From: Myxococcota bacterium
GTDB lineage: Bacteria > Myxococcota_A > UBA9042 > PHBI01 > JACKFB01
Assembly: GCA_041389525.1 (NCBI GenBank)
Contig: JAWKRR010000022.1
Location: 19,130-83,129 of the forward strand
Length of the DNA stretch: 64,000 nt
Direction: 5' to 3'
In this document: positions 8,235 through 17,432 of the stretch, piece by piece
Numbering within the stretch: the stretch's first letter is position 1
Layout of the letters: every line of letters starts with the position of its first letter
The notes under the pieces: model-generated
Seen by the model: only the letters and a program-made list of their open reading frames with translations
Databases searched by the model: none
Told to the model about the DNA's origin: nothing
Program-made: the position numbers and the translations under genes

Positions 8235-9941
8235 GTGGCGCATCCCGACACGACACACGCTTCGAGAGCCACCGTGAGCCTCCACGACCGCCACGTCGCC
8301 GTCCCGCGGCCCGCCACCCGCGCGCTGGGCGCCGCTGCGTCCGGCCTCGGCCTCCCCCCCGAGCTCGAGCGCGAGGCCGCCGACCGCCTCGGCCGCATCG
8401 CGTGGGTCCTCCTCGGCCTATCCCTGCTGGTGCTCCTGCTCAGCAACACCATCCCGCGCATCTTCGAGCTGCCGGCCTCCGTCGTCGACGCCCAGCTCGC
8501 CAGCAACCCCTCGCGCATCCTCGGCAGCCTCACCGCCCTCTGCCTCGCCCTCGTGATGCGCTACGGCCACATGCCGGTCCGCCGCAAGCTCGCGATCGGC
8601 CAAGGCCTCGTCCTGCTGCTCATCTTCGCCATCGCCCTCGAAGAGGCGACGATCCCCGTGGACTTCAAGCAGCACTACCGCGGCGTCGCCGCCCCCTGCA
8701 TCCTCATCCTCTTCGTGCCGCTGCTGGTCCCCGCGCGTCCCAAGGCCGCCCTGCTGGTCGCGCTCGCCGGCGCCACCGCCATCCCGCTGGCCTACGGCGT
8801 GATGGCGCTCGCCGGAAATCCCATGCCCGGCCTACCCCTCATGCTGCGCATCACCCTGCCCGGCTACGTCTGCGCGGGCATGGCCTGGTTCGGCGCCAGC
8901 GTCATCTACCGCCTCGGCACCGACGTCCAGCGCGCCCGCCAATTAGGCAGCTACGCACTGGAGAATCGCATCGGTCGCGGCGGCATGGGCGAGGTCTGGC
9001 GCGCCCGCCACGGCCTGCTCGCCCGCCCCGCCGCCATCAAGCTCATCCGCTCCGACGAGCTGGCCACCGACCCCGCCCGCGCCGAGCTGCTGATGCGCCA
9101 ATTCCGCCGCGAAGCCGAAGCCACGGCGGCCCTGCGCTCACCCCACACCGTCGAGCTCTACGACTTCGGCTTCACCGACGACGGCACCTTCTACTTCGCC
9201 ATGGAGCTGCTCGACGGGTGCGATCTCGAGCGGTTGGTCGAGCTGACCGGCCCGGTCCCGCCCGAGCGCGCGATCCACCTGCTGCTGGGGGCCTGCCACT
9301 CGCTCAGCGAGGCCCACGGCCGCGGCCTGACCCACCGCGACATCAAGCCGGCGAACCTGTTCGCGACGCGCCTGGGCGAGGACTTCGACGTCCTCAAGGT
9401 GCTGGACTTCGGGCTGGTCCGCGAGCGCGACGTGGCCGACCCGGAGCACCAGCTCGAGCTCGGCGGCGAAGGGCAGACCACCATCAAAGGCACGCCCTCC
9501 ACCATGGCGCCCGAGCAGGTCCTGGGCCGCGGGGATATCGACGGGCGGGCCGATATTTACGCGCTTGGCTGCGTCGCCTACTGGCTGCTGACGGGCGTGG
9601 ACGTGTTCGAGGGGCAGCTCGACGTGCAGCTGCTCTTCGCCCACGTGCACGCGGAGCCGGAGCGGCTGTCGGCGCGGGCCAAGCAGCCGATCCCGGAGGC
9701 CCTCGAGCAGGTGGTGCTCGACTGCCTGCGAAAGGACCGGGCCGAGCGCCCGCAGACCGCCCGCGAGCTGGCTCGGCGACTCGAGGCCGTGCCGCTGGCG
9801 GCCGAATGGACGCAGGCGCGAGCGGCCGCATGGTGGGCGCGCGAGGGGGCGCGGCTTGGGGGCGCGGCGGCGGCGCCCACGGCGACACACGCGGCCACGA
9901 CCGACGTCGACCCGATGGGAGCGACGGTTTACGGCGCTTGA
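8235..9941 (+). CDS. membrane-anchored Ser/Thr protein kinase (N-terminal ~6-TM domain plus Hanks-type kinase domain)
   Basis: Kinase motifs 'IGRGGMGEVWRARH...AIKLI', 'HRDIKPANLF', 'DFGLVRER', 'GTPSTMAPE'. Residues ~60-230 form multiple hydrophobic helices. The ORF 8402..10165(+) in another frame is Arg/Pro-rich and is an artefact. Confidence 0.8.
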   Translation: MAHPDTTHASRATVSLHDRHVAVPRPATRALGAAASGLGLPPELEREAADRLGRIAWVLLGLSLLVLLLSNTIPRIFELPASVVDAQLASNPSRILGSLTALCLALVMRYGHMPVRRKLAIGQGLVLLLIFAIALEEATIPVDFKQHYRGVAAPCILILFVPLLVPARPKAALLVALAGATAIPLAYGVMALAGNPMPGLPLMLRITLPGYVCAGMAWFGASVIYRLGTDVQRARQLGSYALENRIGRGGMGEVWRARHGLLARPAAIKLIRSDELATDPARAELLMRQFRREAEATAALRSPHTVELYDFGFTDDGTFYFAMELLDGCDLERLVELTGPVPPERAIHLLLGACHSLSEAHGRGLTHRDIKPANLFATRLGEDFDVLKVLDFGLVRERDVADPEHQLELGGEGQTTIKGTPSTMAPEQVLGRGDIDGRADIYALGCVAYWLLTGVDVFEGQLDVQLLFAHVHAEPERLSARAKQPIPEALEQVVLDCLRKDRAERPQTARELARRLEAVPLAAEWTQARAAAWWAREGARLGGAAAAPTATHAATTDVDPMGATVYGA

Positions 9942-10025
9942 GTTTCGCGGGGTTGCGTGCGTTGGCCGGGCAAACTACAGTGCCGCCAATTCGAAAGTCG
10001 CCCCCCGTACCGAGCGAGCCCCCGC

Positions 10026-10946
10026 ATGAGCGCCTCCATCTCCACGCATCCACGACGCCAACGCCCTGTTCTATCTCGCCTCGCCTCGGTGATCAGCCTC
10101 GGCGCGGCCCTGTCGCTCGGCCTCGCCGCGTGCGACGACGGCGGGAAGACCGTGCTGCTGAATGACATCTTGGACACCGCGCCGACGCCCGACAGCGTCA
10201 CACCAGACGCGGCTGGCGACACGACCGAGGTGACTCCGACTCCAGATGTGCAGCCTGACACGGCACCGGATGTGCCTGCGGCGGATGTGACGCCCGAGGT
10301 GACCCCGGACGTGCCCACACCTGACGCGACGCCGGATGCGGTCGCTGACGCTCCCATGCCGGACGCCACTCCCGACATCGAACCCGAGATCGTCATTCCC
10401 CCGCCCGTCGCGCCCACTGTGGTCAGCGTCACGCCCCCCGAGGGTGGCGTCGCCGAGAGCGCCACAAAGCCTGACATCCGCGTGCTCTTCGACCAGCCGA
10501 TGGATCTGACGGTGACGGATGGCGTGCAGGTCACGGTGAAGAAGGCCGCCGACGAGCCCGAGAGCTACGTCAAGATCGCGGAGGGGAGCTCGGCCAACGA
10601 GATCATCATCAAGCTGGACCTGCCGCCGTTTCTGAATCCCGGCGAGACGTACCGCGCGCGCGTGAGCGGGCTCACCTCGAAGGCGGGGTTAAAGATGGAG
10701 GGCGAGTACACCTGGACCTTCAGCATCAAGGGACCCGACTGCGGCAACGGGACCTGCGGCGCCGGCGAGTCGATGTGCAACTGCCCGAAAGACTGCGGCG
10801 TGTGCGCGGGCTGCTGCGAGTGGAAGGGTGGCAACAACTACTCATGCGAGTCCGGCAAGGAGAAGTCCAAGTGCGGGTCGGGCGGGAAGACGTGCGGCGT
10901 GTGCGAGGGCACGGATCAGTGCATTAACGGCAAGGGCTGCGGTTGA
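10026..10946 (+). CDS. secreted lipoprotein: PD/PT-rich linker, SbsA/Big_5-like Ig domain, and a Cys-rich C-terminal module
   Basis: ATG at 10026, lipobox 'LGLAAC'. Linker 'TPDSVTPDAAGDTTEVTPTPDVQPDTAPDVPAADVTPEVTPDVPTPDATPDAVADAPMPDATPD'. Ig-like 'VVSVTPPEGGVAE...YRARVSGLTSKAGLKMEGEYTWTFSI'. C-terminus 'CGNGTCGAGESMCNCPKDCGVCAGCCEWKGGNNYSCESGKEKSKCGSGGKTCGVCEGTDQC'. Confidence 0.65.
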   Translation: MSASISTHPRRQRPVLSRLASVISLGAALSLGLAACDDGGKTVLLNDILDTAPTPDSVTPDAAGDTTEVTPTPDVQPDTAPDVPAADVTPEVTPDVPTPDATPDAVADAPMPDATPDIEPEIVIPPPVAPTVVSVTPPEGGVAESATKPDIRVLFDQPMDLTVTDGVQVTVKKAADEPESYVKIAEGSSANEIIIKLDLPPFLNPGETYRARVSGLTSKAGLKMEGEYTWTFSIKGPDCGNGTCGAGESMCNCPKDCGVCAGCCEWKGGNNYSCESGKEKSKCGSGGKTCGVCEGTDQCINGKGCG

Positions 10947-11075
10947 GCCTGAACGGGCGCGGCAGCCCGGTTCTGACCGGGTAGCGACGGCCGCGAAGGG
11001 GCTGTGATAGCTTGGCCGGCAGGGACATCGCCGCGGCTCTGCGGCGGTGACCGCCACGTCCGCAGAGGGGTTGGG

Positions 11076-12743
11076 ATGCCCGGGGACTACACAGACCTCA
11101 GCGCGGGGCCGCGGCCGCATCGCCGTCGGCTCGCGTCGGTCGCGGTCGCGCTGGCGGCGGCGTGGGTCGCCGGTTGCGGCACCGGCGGCACGCTGACGGT
11201 GAACACGGACGAGCCCGGCGTGGCCGCGGGGCTGGCGACCGCGGACGCTGGAGGTGCCGGCGAGGTCGGCCCGGCCGGACCGCGCAGCCCCCTGCCCGCG
11301 CTGTCCTGGCGCGTCACGGACCAGGACAGCGGCGAGACGATCCCCGCCAAATTGCTGCTGGTCGGCGTCGATGGCACCGCGGATCCCGGCCTGAACCCGG
11401 GGATGCTGCGGCTGGCGGATTCGGCCGACGGCTACGCGGTGCACAACCGGATCTTCACGCTCAGCGGCGTGGGCGCGATCGAGCCGCCGCCCGGACGCTA
11501 CGACCTGTGGGTCAGCCGCGGCATGGAGTGGAGCCACTACGTCGAGCGCGTCGAGATCGGCGGGGCGCCGGTCGAGGTCGAGGCGCAGCTTGCCCACGTC
11601 ATCGAGACCGCGGGCTGGCTGTCGGCGGATCTGCACGTCCACGCCGAGCCGTCCCACGACTCGGTGGTGCCGCTGCCGGTGCGCGTGCTGCAGTTCATCT
11701 CCGAGGGCGTCGAGATGATCGTGGCGACCGACCACAACGTCATCACCGACTACAAGCCGACCATCGACGCCCTGGACGCCGCCGACCTGCTGGCCAGCGC
11801 CCCCGGCTGCGAGGTGACGACGCCGACCTTCGGCCACTTCGGCAGCTACCCGCTGATTCGCAGCCCGCTGCGACCCAACGGCGGCGCGCCCGAGGTCGAG
11901 GGCGTGCTGCCCCAGGCCCTCTTCGACAGCATCCACGCCTCGTCGCGCCACGCCACCATCGCCGTGAATCACCCGACCTGGGGCGGCCGCGACTACTTCA
12001 ACCGCGGCCAGTTGGACTCGAAGACCGGGACCGCCGGCTGGGCTGATTTCTCCTGGGATTTCGACGCCATCGAGGTGCTCAACGGCTTCCACGACCCCGA
12101 GCGCGGGCTGGTGGACCGGAACCTCGGCGACTTCTTCGCGCTCATCGACCACGGTTTTATCAAGACGGCGACTGGGAATTCGGACACCCACCTGCTGCGC
12201 GGCAACATCGGCGGCTACCCGCGAAACTACCTGCGCATCGCGCCCGACCTGCCCGCGGCGATGACGCCCGCGCTGCTTGGGGCGGCCATCCGTTCGCGCA
12301 GCACCTTCTTCACGACCGGCCCCTTCGTGCGCGTGACGGTCGAGGGCGGCACCATCGGCGACACCGTGCAGTCAAAGGACGGCTGGGTCTCCGTCGCCAT
12401 CGACGTGGCGGCGACCACCTGGGTCAGCGTCGGGACTGTGACCCTCTTCGTGGGCGGGCGGGTCGACCGCATCTGGCGCGCCCCAAACAGCCGCGTCCGC
12501 ACGCCGCACGGGTTCGCCGAGCCGTTGAATTGGACCGTGCGCCGCGTAGTGCCGGTCGACCAAGACACGCACATCACGGTGCTGGTCGAGGGTCGCGACG
12601 CCCTGTGGCCCATCGTGGGCGAGCGGGACGAGCAGGCGGTGACGTCGCTGGCGTTCACCAACCCGGTCTACGTGGACGTCGACGGCAACGGCATGTTCGA
12701 CCCGCCGCTGGCCAAGCCCGGGGCTCCGAACCCGCGGCGCTGA
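11076..12743 (+). CDS. PHP-domain (CehA/McbA-like) metallohydrolase, lipoprotein
   Basis: Signal/lipobox 'LAAAWVAGCGT'. PHP motifs 'LSADLHVHAEPSHDS', 'EMIVATDHNVI', 'NHPTWGG', 'GNSDTHLL'. The antisense ORF 10842..12191(-) is an artefact. Confidence 0.7.
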   Translation: MPGDYTDLSAGPRPHRRRLASVAVALAAAWVAGCGTGGTLTVNTDEPGVAAGLATADAGGAGEVGPAGPRSPLPALSWRVTDQDSGETIPAKLLLVGVDGTADPGLNPGMLRLADSADGYAVHNRIFTLSGVGAIEPPPGRYDLWVSRGMEWSHYVERVEIGGAPVEVEAQLAHVIETAGWLSADLHVHAEPSHDSVVPLPVRVLQFISEGVEMIVATDHNVITDYKPTIDALDAADLLASAPGCEVTTPTFGHFGSYPLIRSPLRPNGGAPEVEGVLPQALFDSIHASSRHATIAVNHPTWGGRDYFNRGQLDSKTGTAGWADFSWDFDAIEVLNGFHDPERGLVDRNLGDFFALIDHGFIKTATGNSDTHLLRGNIGGYPRNYLRIAPDLPAAMTPALLGAAIRSRSTFFTTGPFVRVTVEGGTIGDTVQSKDGWVSVAIDVAATTWVSVGTVTLFVGGRVDRIWRAPNSRVRTPHGFAEPLNWTVRRVVPVDQDTHITVLVEGRDALWPIVGERDEQAVTSLAFTNPVYVDVDGNGMFDPPLAKPGAPNPRR

Positions 12744-12859
12744 GGGGTCGCCGCGGCCTGGCCGACCGCCAGTCACGCGGCCCGAGTTGCGCGCCGATCG
12801 CCCGGTGATAGGCTGCCCCCCGACCGCCGCTTCAGGCCGTCCGCTTCGCCGTAGGTGCC

Positions 12860-14776
12860 ATGCCCGCTGACCAACTCGCGCTCTTCGGCTCCGGTGCGCC
12901 GGCGAAGAAGCGCCAGCCCGAGATCGCGTCGGACAGCGCGACAGCCGCGCGGGCGGTGCTGCGCGAGGTCTTCGGCTACGGGGACTTTCGCGCCGGGCAG
13001 AGCGAGGCGGTCGCGGCCTTCGACGCCGGCCGGGACGCGGTGGTCGTGCTGCCGACGGGCGGCGGGAAGTCCATGTGCTACCAGGTGCCGGCGATCCTGC
13101 GGCGAAAGCGCGGCGGCGGCCCGACCTTGGTGGTGAGCCCGCTCATCGCGCTGATGAACGATCAGGTGGCGGCGTTATCTCGGGCTGGCGTCCCTGCCGT
13201 CGCCATGCACTCGGGGCAGCCCAGCGAGCAGTGGCGCGAGCTTCGGGACGAGGCGGCGCGGGCGACGCTGATCTACGCGAGCCCGGAGCGGTTGCAGAAC
13301 GAGGGGTTTCGACGCTGGCTGGGCCATATCGGCGTGGCGGCGGCGGCGGTGGACGAGGCGCACTGCATCAGCGCGTGGGGGCACGATTTCCGGCCGGATT
13401 ATCGCTCGCTGGACGTGCTCAAGCGCGAGCTGAAGGTGCCGGTCATCGCGCTGACGGCGACGGCGACGCCGCAGGTGATGGAGGAGATTGGCCAGACGCT
13501 GGGGCTGGTCGAGCCGGCGGTGGTGGTGGGCGATTTCGCGAGGCCGAACCTGAGTTTTTCGGTGGAGTTGATCCAGAGCGACGGGGCGCGGACCGAGCGC
13601 ATCCTGGAGTTGATGCGCGAGTCGGGGCTGAAGCCGGGGCGGCCCGGGCGGGCCATCATCTACGCGGCGACGCGCAAGCGGGTGCAGGCGCTGCACGACG
13701 CGCTGCGGAAGGCGGGGCTGGCGAGCGGCTACTACCACGCGGGGCGCACGGACGGGGCGCGGCAGAGCGCGGCGGCGGCGTATGAATCGGGCAAGAAGCC
13801 GATCCTGGTGGCGACGACGGCGTTCGGGATGGGGGTGGACCACCCGGACGTGCGCTACGTGGTGCACGCGAACGCGGCGGGCAGCGTCGCCGGCTACTAC
13901 CAGGAGGCGGGGCGCGCGGGGCGGGACGGTGAGCCGGCGCGGTGTGTGCTGCTCTACTCGAGCGCTGACGCGGTCACGCACGCGCGGCTGCGGGGGAAGG
14001 TGCCGACCGCGGGGGCTCTCGCCGGCTGGAAGGCGATGCAGGACTACATCTACGGGGCCGGGTGCAGGCAGCAGGCGCTGGTGCGGTACTTCACGGACCG
14101 GGACGGGGCGCGGTGCGGGGGGTGCGACGCGTGCGTGACGCCGGAGGTGGTGCGGGAGGCGCTGGACGGGGCGCGGGCGGAGCACTCGGCGCGGATGGAG
14201 ACCAAGGCGGCGAAGCGGGCGCAGGACGCCGAATACGTAGTCACCGACTCGCAGAATGACGTGGTGCTGGCCTTCGTGGGGGCGCTGAAGAAGCCGCTCG
14301 GAAAGCAGCTCATCGCCAAGGGGCTGCGGGGGAGTCGGGCGAAGGACGTGAAGCGGAAGGGGCTGGCGAGCAATCCGTCCTTTGGGGCGCTGGCGGACCT
14401 GCCGGAGAGCGTGGTGCTGGACACCATCGAGGGATTGCTGAACGACGGGCTGCTGGGGCGCAAGGGGCGCAAGTACCCGACGGTGTGGCTGCCGGACAAG
14501 CCGGTGCGGCGGGCGGCGCCGGCGGGGGCTGCGCCTAAGCGCGAGAAGAAGGGGCTACAGGCGGCGCTCGAGAAGTACCGCTCGCGCGAGGCGCGCAAAC
14601 GGGGCTGGAAGCCGTACCAGGTCTTCGACAACAAGACGCTGAGCCGGATCTGTCGGGCGCAGCCGCAGGACGACGCGGACCTGCTGGCCATCGACGGCAT
14701 CGGGCCCAAGCGGGTCGAGGCGTTCGGGCCGACCATCCTCGAGTTGGTGGCCGAGCACGCGAAGCCGCGGGGGTGA
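12860..14776 (+). CDS. recQ: ATP-dependent DNA helicase RecQ (helicase core, RQC, C-terminal HRDC)
   Basis: 'LREVFGYGDFRAGQSEAVAAF', 'VLPTGGGKSMCYQVPA', 'DEAHCISAWGHDFRPDY', 'ALTATAT', 'IIYAATRKRV', 'VATTAFGMGVDHPDVRYV'. C-terminal HRDC 'YRSREARKRGWKPYQVFDNKTLSRI'. The true start may be downstream (GTG 12956), because a REP-like motif sits at 12911-12925. Confidence 0.85.
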   Translation: MPADQLALFGSGAPAKKRQPEIASDSATAARAVLREVFGYGDFRAGQSEAVAAFDAGRDAVVVLPTGGGKSMCYQVPAILRRKRGGGPTLVVSPLIALMNDQVAALSRAGVPAVAMHSGQPSEQWRELRDEAARATLIYASPERLQNEGFRRWLGHIGVAAAAVDEAHCISAWGHDFRPDYRSLDVLKRELKVPVIALTATATPQVMEEIGQTLGLVEPAVVVGDFARPNLSFSVELIQSDGARTERILELMRESGLKPGRPGRAIIYAATRKRVQALHDALRKAGLASGYYHAGRTDGARQSAAAAYESGKKPILVATTAFGMGVDHPDVRYVVHANAAGSVAGYYQEAGRAGRDGEPARCVLLYSSADAVTHARLRGKVPTAGALAGWKAMQDYIYGAGCRQQALVRYFTDRDGARCGGCDACVTPEVVREALDGARAEHSARMETKAAKRAQDAEYVVTDSQNDVVLAFVGALKKPLGKQLIAKGLRGSRAKDVKRKGLASNPSFGALADLPESVVLDTIEGLLNDGLLGRKGRKYPTVWLPDKPVRRAAPAGAAPKREKKGLQAALEKYRSREARKRGWKPYQVFDNKTLSRICRAQPQDDADLLAIDGIGPKRVEAFGPTILELVAEHAKPRG

Positions 14777-14914
14777 GCTCCGGGGGTTCGGAGCGCGGCC
14801 GGCGGAGGTGTGCGAAGTCGCACGGGTCACGGGTTTGGCTTGCGAGCCGCGCGGCGTTGCGATAGCTGGGCCACAGCCGCGTCGGTGCGCGCGGCGAGAG
14901 CACGGAGGATGACG

Positions 14915-16009
14915 ATGCGCAGCGCGAACGTGTGGTGGGTGGCTCTGGTGGCGGTGGCGACGGTCTCGGCGTGCGGCAAGGCGGCGCCTGAGGCGGCCGG
15001 CGGAGGCGCTGCGGTGGCGGTCGCCGAGGCGGCCAAGCCCGGCGAGATCGCGCCGGACCGACTGAAGGCCTTTGGGGCGTTGCCGGCCGTGATGGCGGCC
15101 GACCCGGCGACGCTGACCGACGAGCTGGTGTCGCTGGGGCGGATGCTCTACTTCGACACGCGGCTGTCGAAGAACCACGACGTGTCGTGCAACTCGTGCC
15201 ACGGGCTGCAGACCTACGGCGTCGACGGGCAGGCCACGTCCGAGGGGCACAAGAAGCAGCGCGGCGGGCGCAACTCGCCGACGGTCTACAACGCGGCCGG
15301 GCACTTCGCGCAGTTCTGGGACGGGCGCGCGGCGGACGTCGAGGCGCAGGCGCTGGGGCCGATGACGAACCCGGTCGAGATGGCGATGGCGTCGGGCGAG
15401 CAGGTGACGGCTGTGCTGCGGTCGATCCCCGGGTACGCGGACCTGTTCGCCAAGGCGTTTCCTGGGGTCTCGGAGCCCGTGACCTACGAGAACGCGGGCA
15501 AGGCCATCGCGGCCTTCGAGCGCAAGCTGGTCACCCCGTCGCGCTGGGACGCGTTCCTGGGCGGGAAGGCCGACGCGCTGACCGCGGCCGAGAAAGACGG
15601 CTTCAACGCGTTCATCGACGCCGGCTGCATGGCCTGCCACACGGGCACGTATGTGGGCGGCTCGATGTACCAGAAGCTGGGCTTGGTGAAGCCGTGGCCG
15701 GGGCTCGAGGACACGGGCCGCATGGAGGTCACGAAGAACGAGGCGGACAAGCACTTCTTCAAGGTGCCGTCGCTGCGGAACATCGCGCGGACCGGGCCCT
15801 ACTTCCACGACGGGAAGGTGGCCGACCTGAACGAGGCGGTCACGTTGATGGCGCGGCACCAGCTGGCGAAAGAGCTGAGCAAGGAGCAGGTCGCCAGCAT
15901 CGTGACGTGGCTGAACGCCCTGACCGGCGAGCTGCCGCCGGCGGAGCTGATCACCGCGCCGGAGCTCCCCCCGAGCGGCCCCGAGACCCCCGCGCCCGAC
16001 CCGGGCTGA
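14915..16009 (+). CDS. di-haem cytochrome c peroxidase (CCP/MauG family)
   Basis: Two haem-binding CxxCH motifs (CNSCH, CMACH). Signature '[20 protein letters not shown]'. Signal peptide '[16 protein letters not shown]'. GGAGG lies 6 nt before ATG 14915. Confidence 0.8.
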   Translation: MRSANVWWVALVAVATVSACGKAAPEAAGGGAAVAVAEAAKPGEIAPDRLKAFGALPAVMAADPATLTDELVSLGRMLYFDTRLSKNHDVSCNSCHGLQTYGVDGQATSEGHKKQRGGRNSPTVYNAAGHFAQFWDGRAADVEAQALGPMTNPVEMAMASGEQVTAVLRSIPGYADLFAKAFPGVSEPVTYENAGKAIAAFERKLVTPSRWDAFLGGKADALTAAEKDGFNAFIDAGCMACHTGTYVGGSMYQKLGLVKPWPGLEDTGRMEVTKNEADKHFFKVPSLRNIARTGPYFHDGKVADLNEAVTLMARHQLAKELSKEQVASIVTWLNALTGELPPAELITAPELPPSGPETPAPDPG

Positions 16010-16146
16010 GGGCGGCGGCAGCCCGTCGCGAGTAGTTTGACCGCGCGCGGTGAGGCCCTCCCGGCTGGCCTCTGTTGCGGGGCCGTGCCACAATCTCGAT
16101 ACGCCACACAGTCGAGACCTCCCTCCAAAATCCAAAGGAGAGCACG

Positions 16147-16605
16147 ATGCGATGTGGGCGAATCATCGGGGCGATCGGCCTCGCTACCCTGCTGTTCATG
16201 GGCTGCAGCGACGACTCGGCGTCCGCGGACGCTGGCGTTGACGCGGTGGCGGATGTCGCGTCGGACGCGGTCGCCGACGCGGTGCCGGACGCGGTCGCCG
16301 ACGCCACGGGCGACACCGACGTGCCAGTCGGCCCCACCGGGTGCGTTCCGCCGAGCTGCGACGACGGCAACCAGTGCACCGTCGACGAGTGCGACACCGC
16401 GCTGCTGACCTGCAAGCACACGCCGAAGACCGACGGCGCGGCGTGCGGCTGCCTCGACGCCGGGCAGTGCTTCGCCAGCACCTGCGTCGGCGGGAACGGG
16501 GTCTGCGACTCCAACGCGCAGTGCGACGACGGGTTCGGCTGCACGGCCGATCGCTGCGACGGCTGCAAGTGCGTGACCGAGGTCATCCCCGACTGCGTCG
16601 AGTAG
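16147..16605 (+). CDS. Cys-rich secreted lipoprotein with (D/A)AVAD linker repeats
   Basis: ATG 16147, lipobox 'LLFMGC'. Linker 'DAGVDAVADVASDAVADAVPDAVADATGDTD'. Mature part has about 18 Cys ('CDDGNQCTVDECDTALLTCKHTPKTDGAACGC...CDDGFGCTADRCDGCKC'). Confidence 0.6.
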   Translation: MRCGRIIGAIGLATLLFMGCSDDSASADAGVDAVADVASDAVADAVPDAVADATGDTDVPVGPTGCVPPSCDDGNQCTVDECDTALLTCKHTPKTDGAACGCLDAGQCFASTCVGGNGVCDSNAQCDDGFGCTADRCDGCKCVTEVIPDCVE

Positions 16606-16614
16606 CGCGCGACG

Positions 16615-17301
16615 CTACGGGCGGCGGCGGGCCATCCACAGGAAGTGGTCGCCGCTGTCGTCGGGGGTCGGGCGGCCGGGTTCGGTGTGGGTGATGGCCT
16701 CGACCTCAAAGCCAGCGCGGGTCAGCGCGCCGGTGAACGCGTCGTCGGGGGCGGCTGACCAGACGCCGAGGACGCCGCCGTCGATGAGCGCGGCGTGGGC
16801 GGTCTGTAGGCCGTGGTCGGTGTAGAGCCAGGCGTTGTAGCTGCGCGTCAGGGCGCGCGGGCCGTTGTCGACGTCCAGCAGGATGGCGCTCCACGGGGCC
16901 GGCGGCGTGGCGATGAGGTCGACGACGTCGCCGACGTGGACCGACACGCGGGGGTCGCGCAGGGGGTGGCGCGAGGCGCGGCCGAGGAGATCGCGGTTCC
17001 AGCGCACGATGGCGGGGATGAGCTCGGCGACCGTGGTGGCCGCCTCGGGCCCGATGCGCCGAAGCACCGCGGCCAGGGTGAAGCCCATGCCCAGCCCGCC
17101 GACCAGCACCCGCGCGTCGTCGAGCCGCGCCAGCCGGTCGCACGCCAGGTCGGCCAGCGCGTCCTCGGAGCCGTGCGCGCGATTGCCCATCAGCTCGCGC
17201 CCGTTCATGTGGATGGCGTACTCGCGCCCGCGGTTCATCAGGAACATGGTCCCCTCCCCGTCCGGGACCTCCTCCTTGTCGATGAACTCCCACGCTCGCA
17301 T
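16615..17301 (-). CDS. spermidine-synthase-like / class I SAM-dependent methyltransferase-fold protein
   Basis: Start MRAWEF (ATG 17301). 'VLVGGLGMGFTLAAVL' is a Rossmann G-x-G-x-G element; 'ILLDVDNGP' resembles the aminopropyltransferase acidic loop. The Arg-rich ORF 16706..17641(-) is rejected. Confidence 0.55.
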   Translation of the reverse strand: MRAWEFIDKEEVPDGEGTMFLMNRGREYAIHMNGRELMGNRAHGSEDALADLACDRLARLDDARVLVGGLGMGFTLAAVLRRIGPEAATTVAELIPAIVRWNRDLLGRASRHPLRDPRVSVHVGDVVDLIATPPAPWSAILLDVDNGPRALTRSYNAWLYTDHGLQTAHAALIDGGVLGVWSAAPDDAFTGALTRAGFEVEAITHTEPGRPTPDDSGDHFLWMARRRP

Positions 17302-17432
17302 CGCGCCTCCCCGGCTCGGGTTCGCGTTCATGTAGCACAGGGGCGGGCCGGCTTGCAGATTCCCTCGGGTCGCGCAGAATCGCAGCTGTGGGCGTGGTAT
17401 TTCGGGGACGTTCACTCCAGAAGGAGCGCGCG

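Noticed and set aside
8402-10165. 587-aa plus-strand ORF overlapping the Ser/Thr kinase in another frame
   Set aside because: Extreme Arg/Pro/Gly composition (RRRPARQQ, RPRPRP). The kinase frame contains all Hanks motifs.
10842-12191. 449-aa minus-strand ORF over the PHP hydrolase gene
   Set aside because: Antisense, Arg/Gly/Val-rich. The plus strand has the lipobox and PHP His/Asp motifs.
13175-14185. 336-aa minus-strand ORF inside recQ
   Set aside because: Antisense to a confidently identified RecQ helicase; Arg/Pro/His-rich.
14555-16135. 526-aa minus-strand ORF overlapping recQ's 3' end and the cytochrome c peroxidase gene
   Set aside because: Arg-rich (RRHR/RRRL runs) with no domain. 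The plus strand carries two CxxCH haem motifs and the CCP signature.
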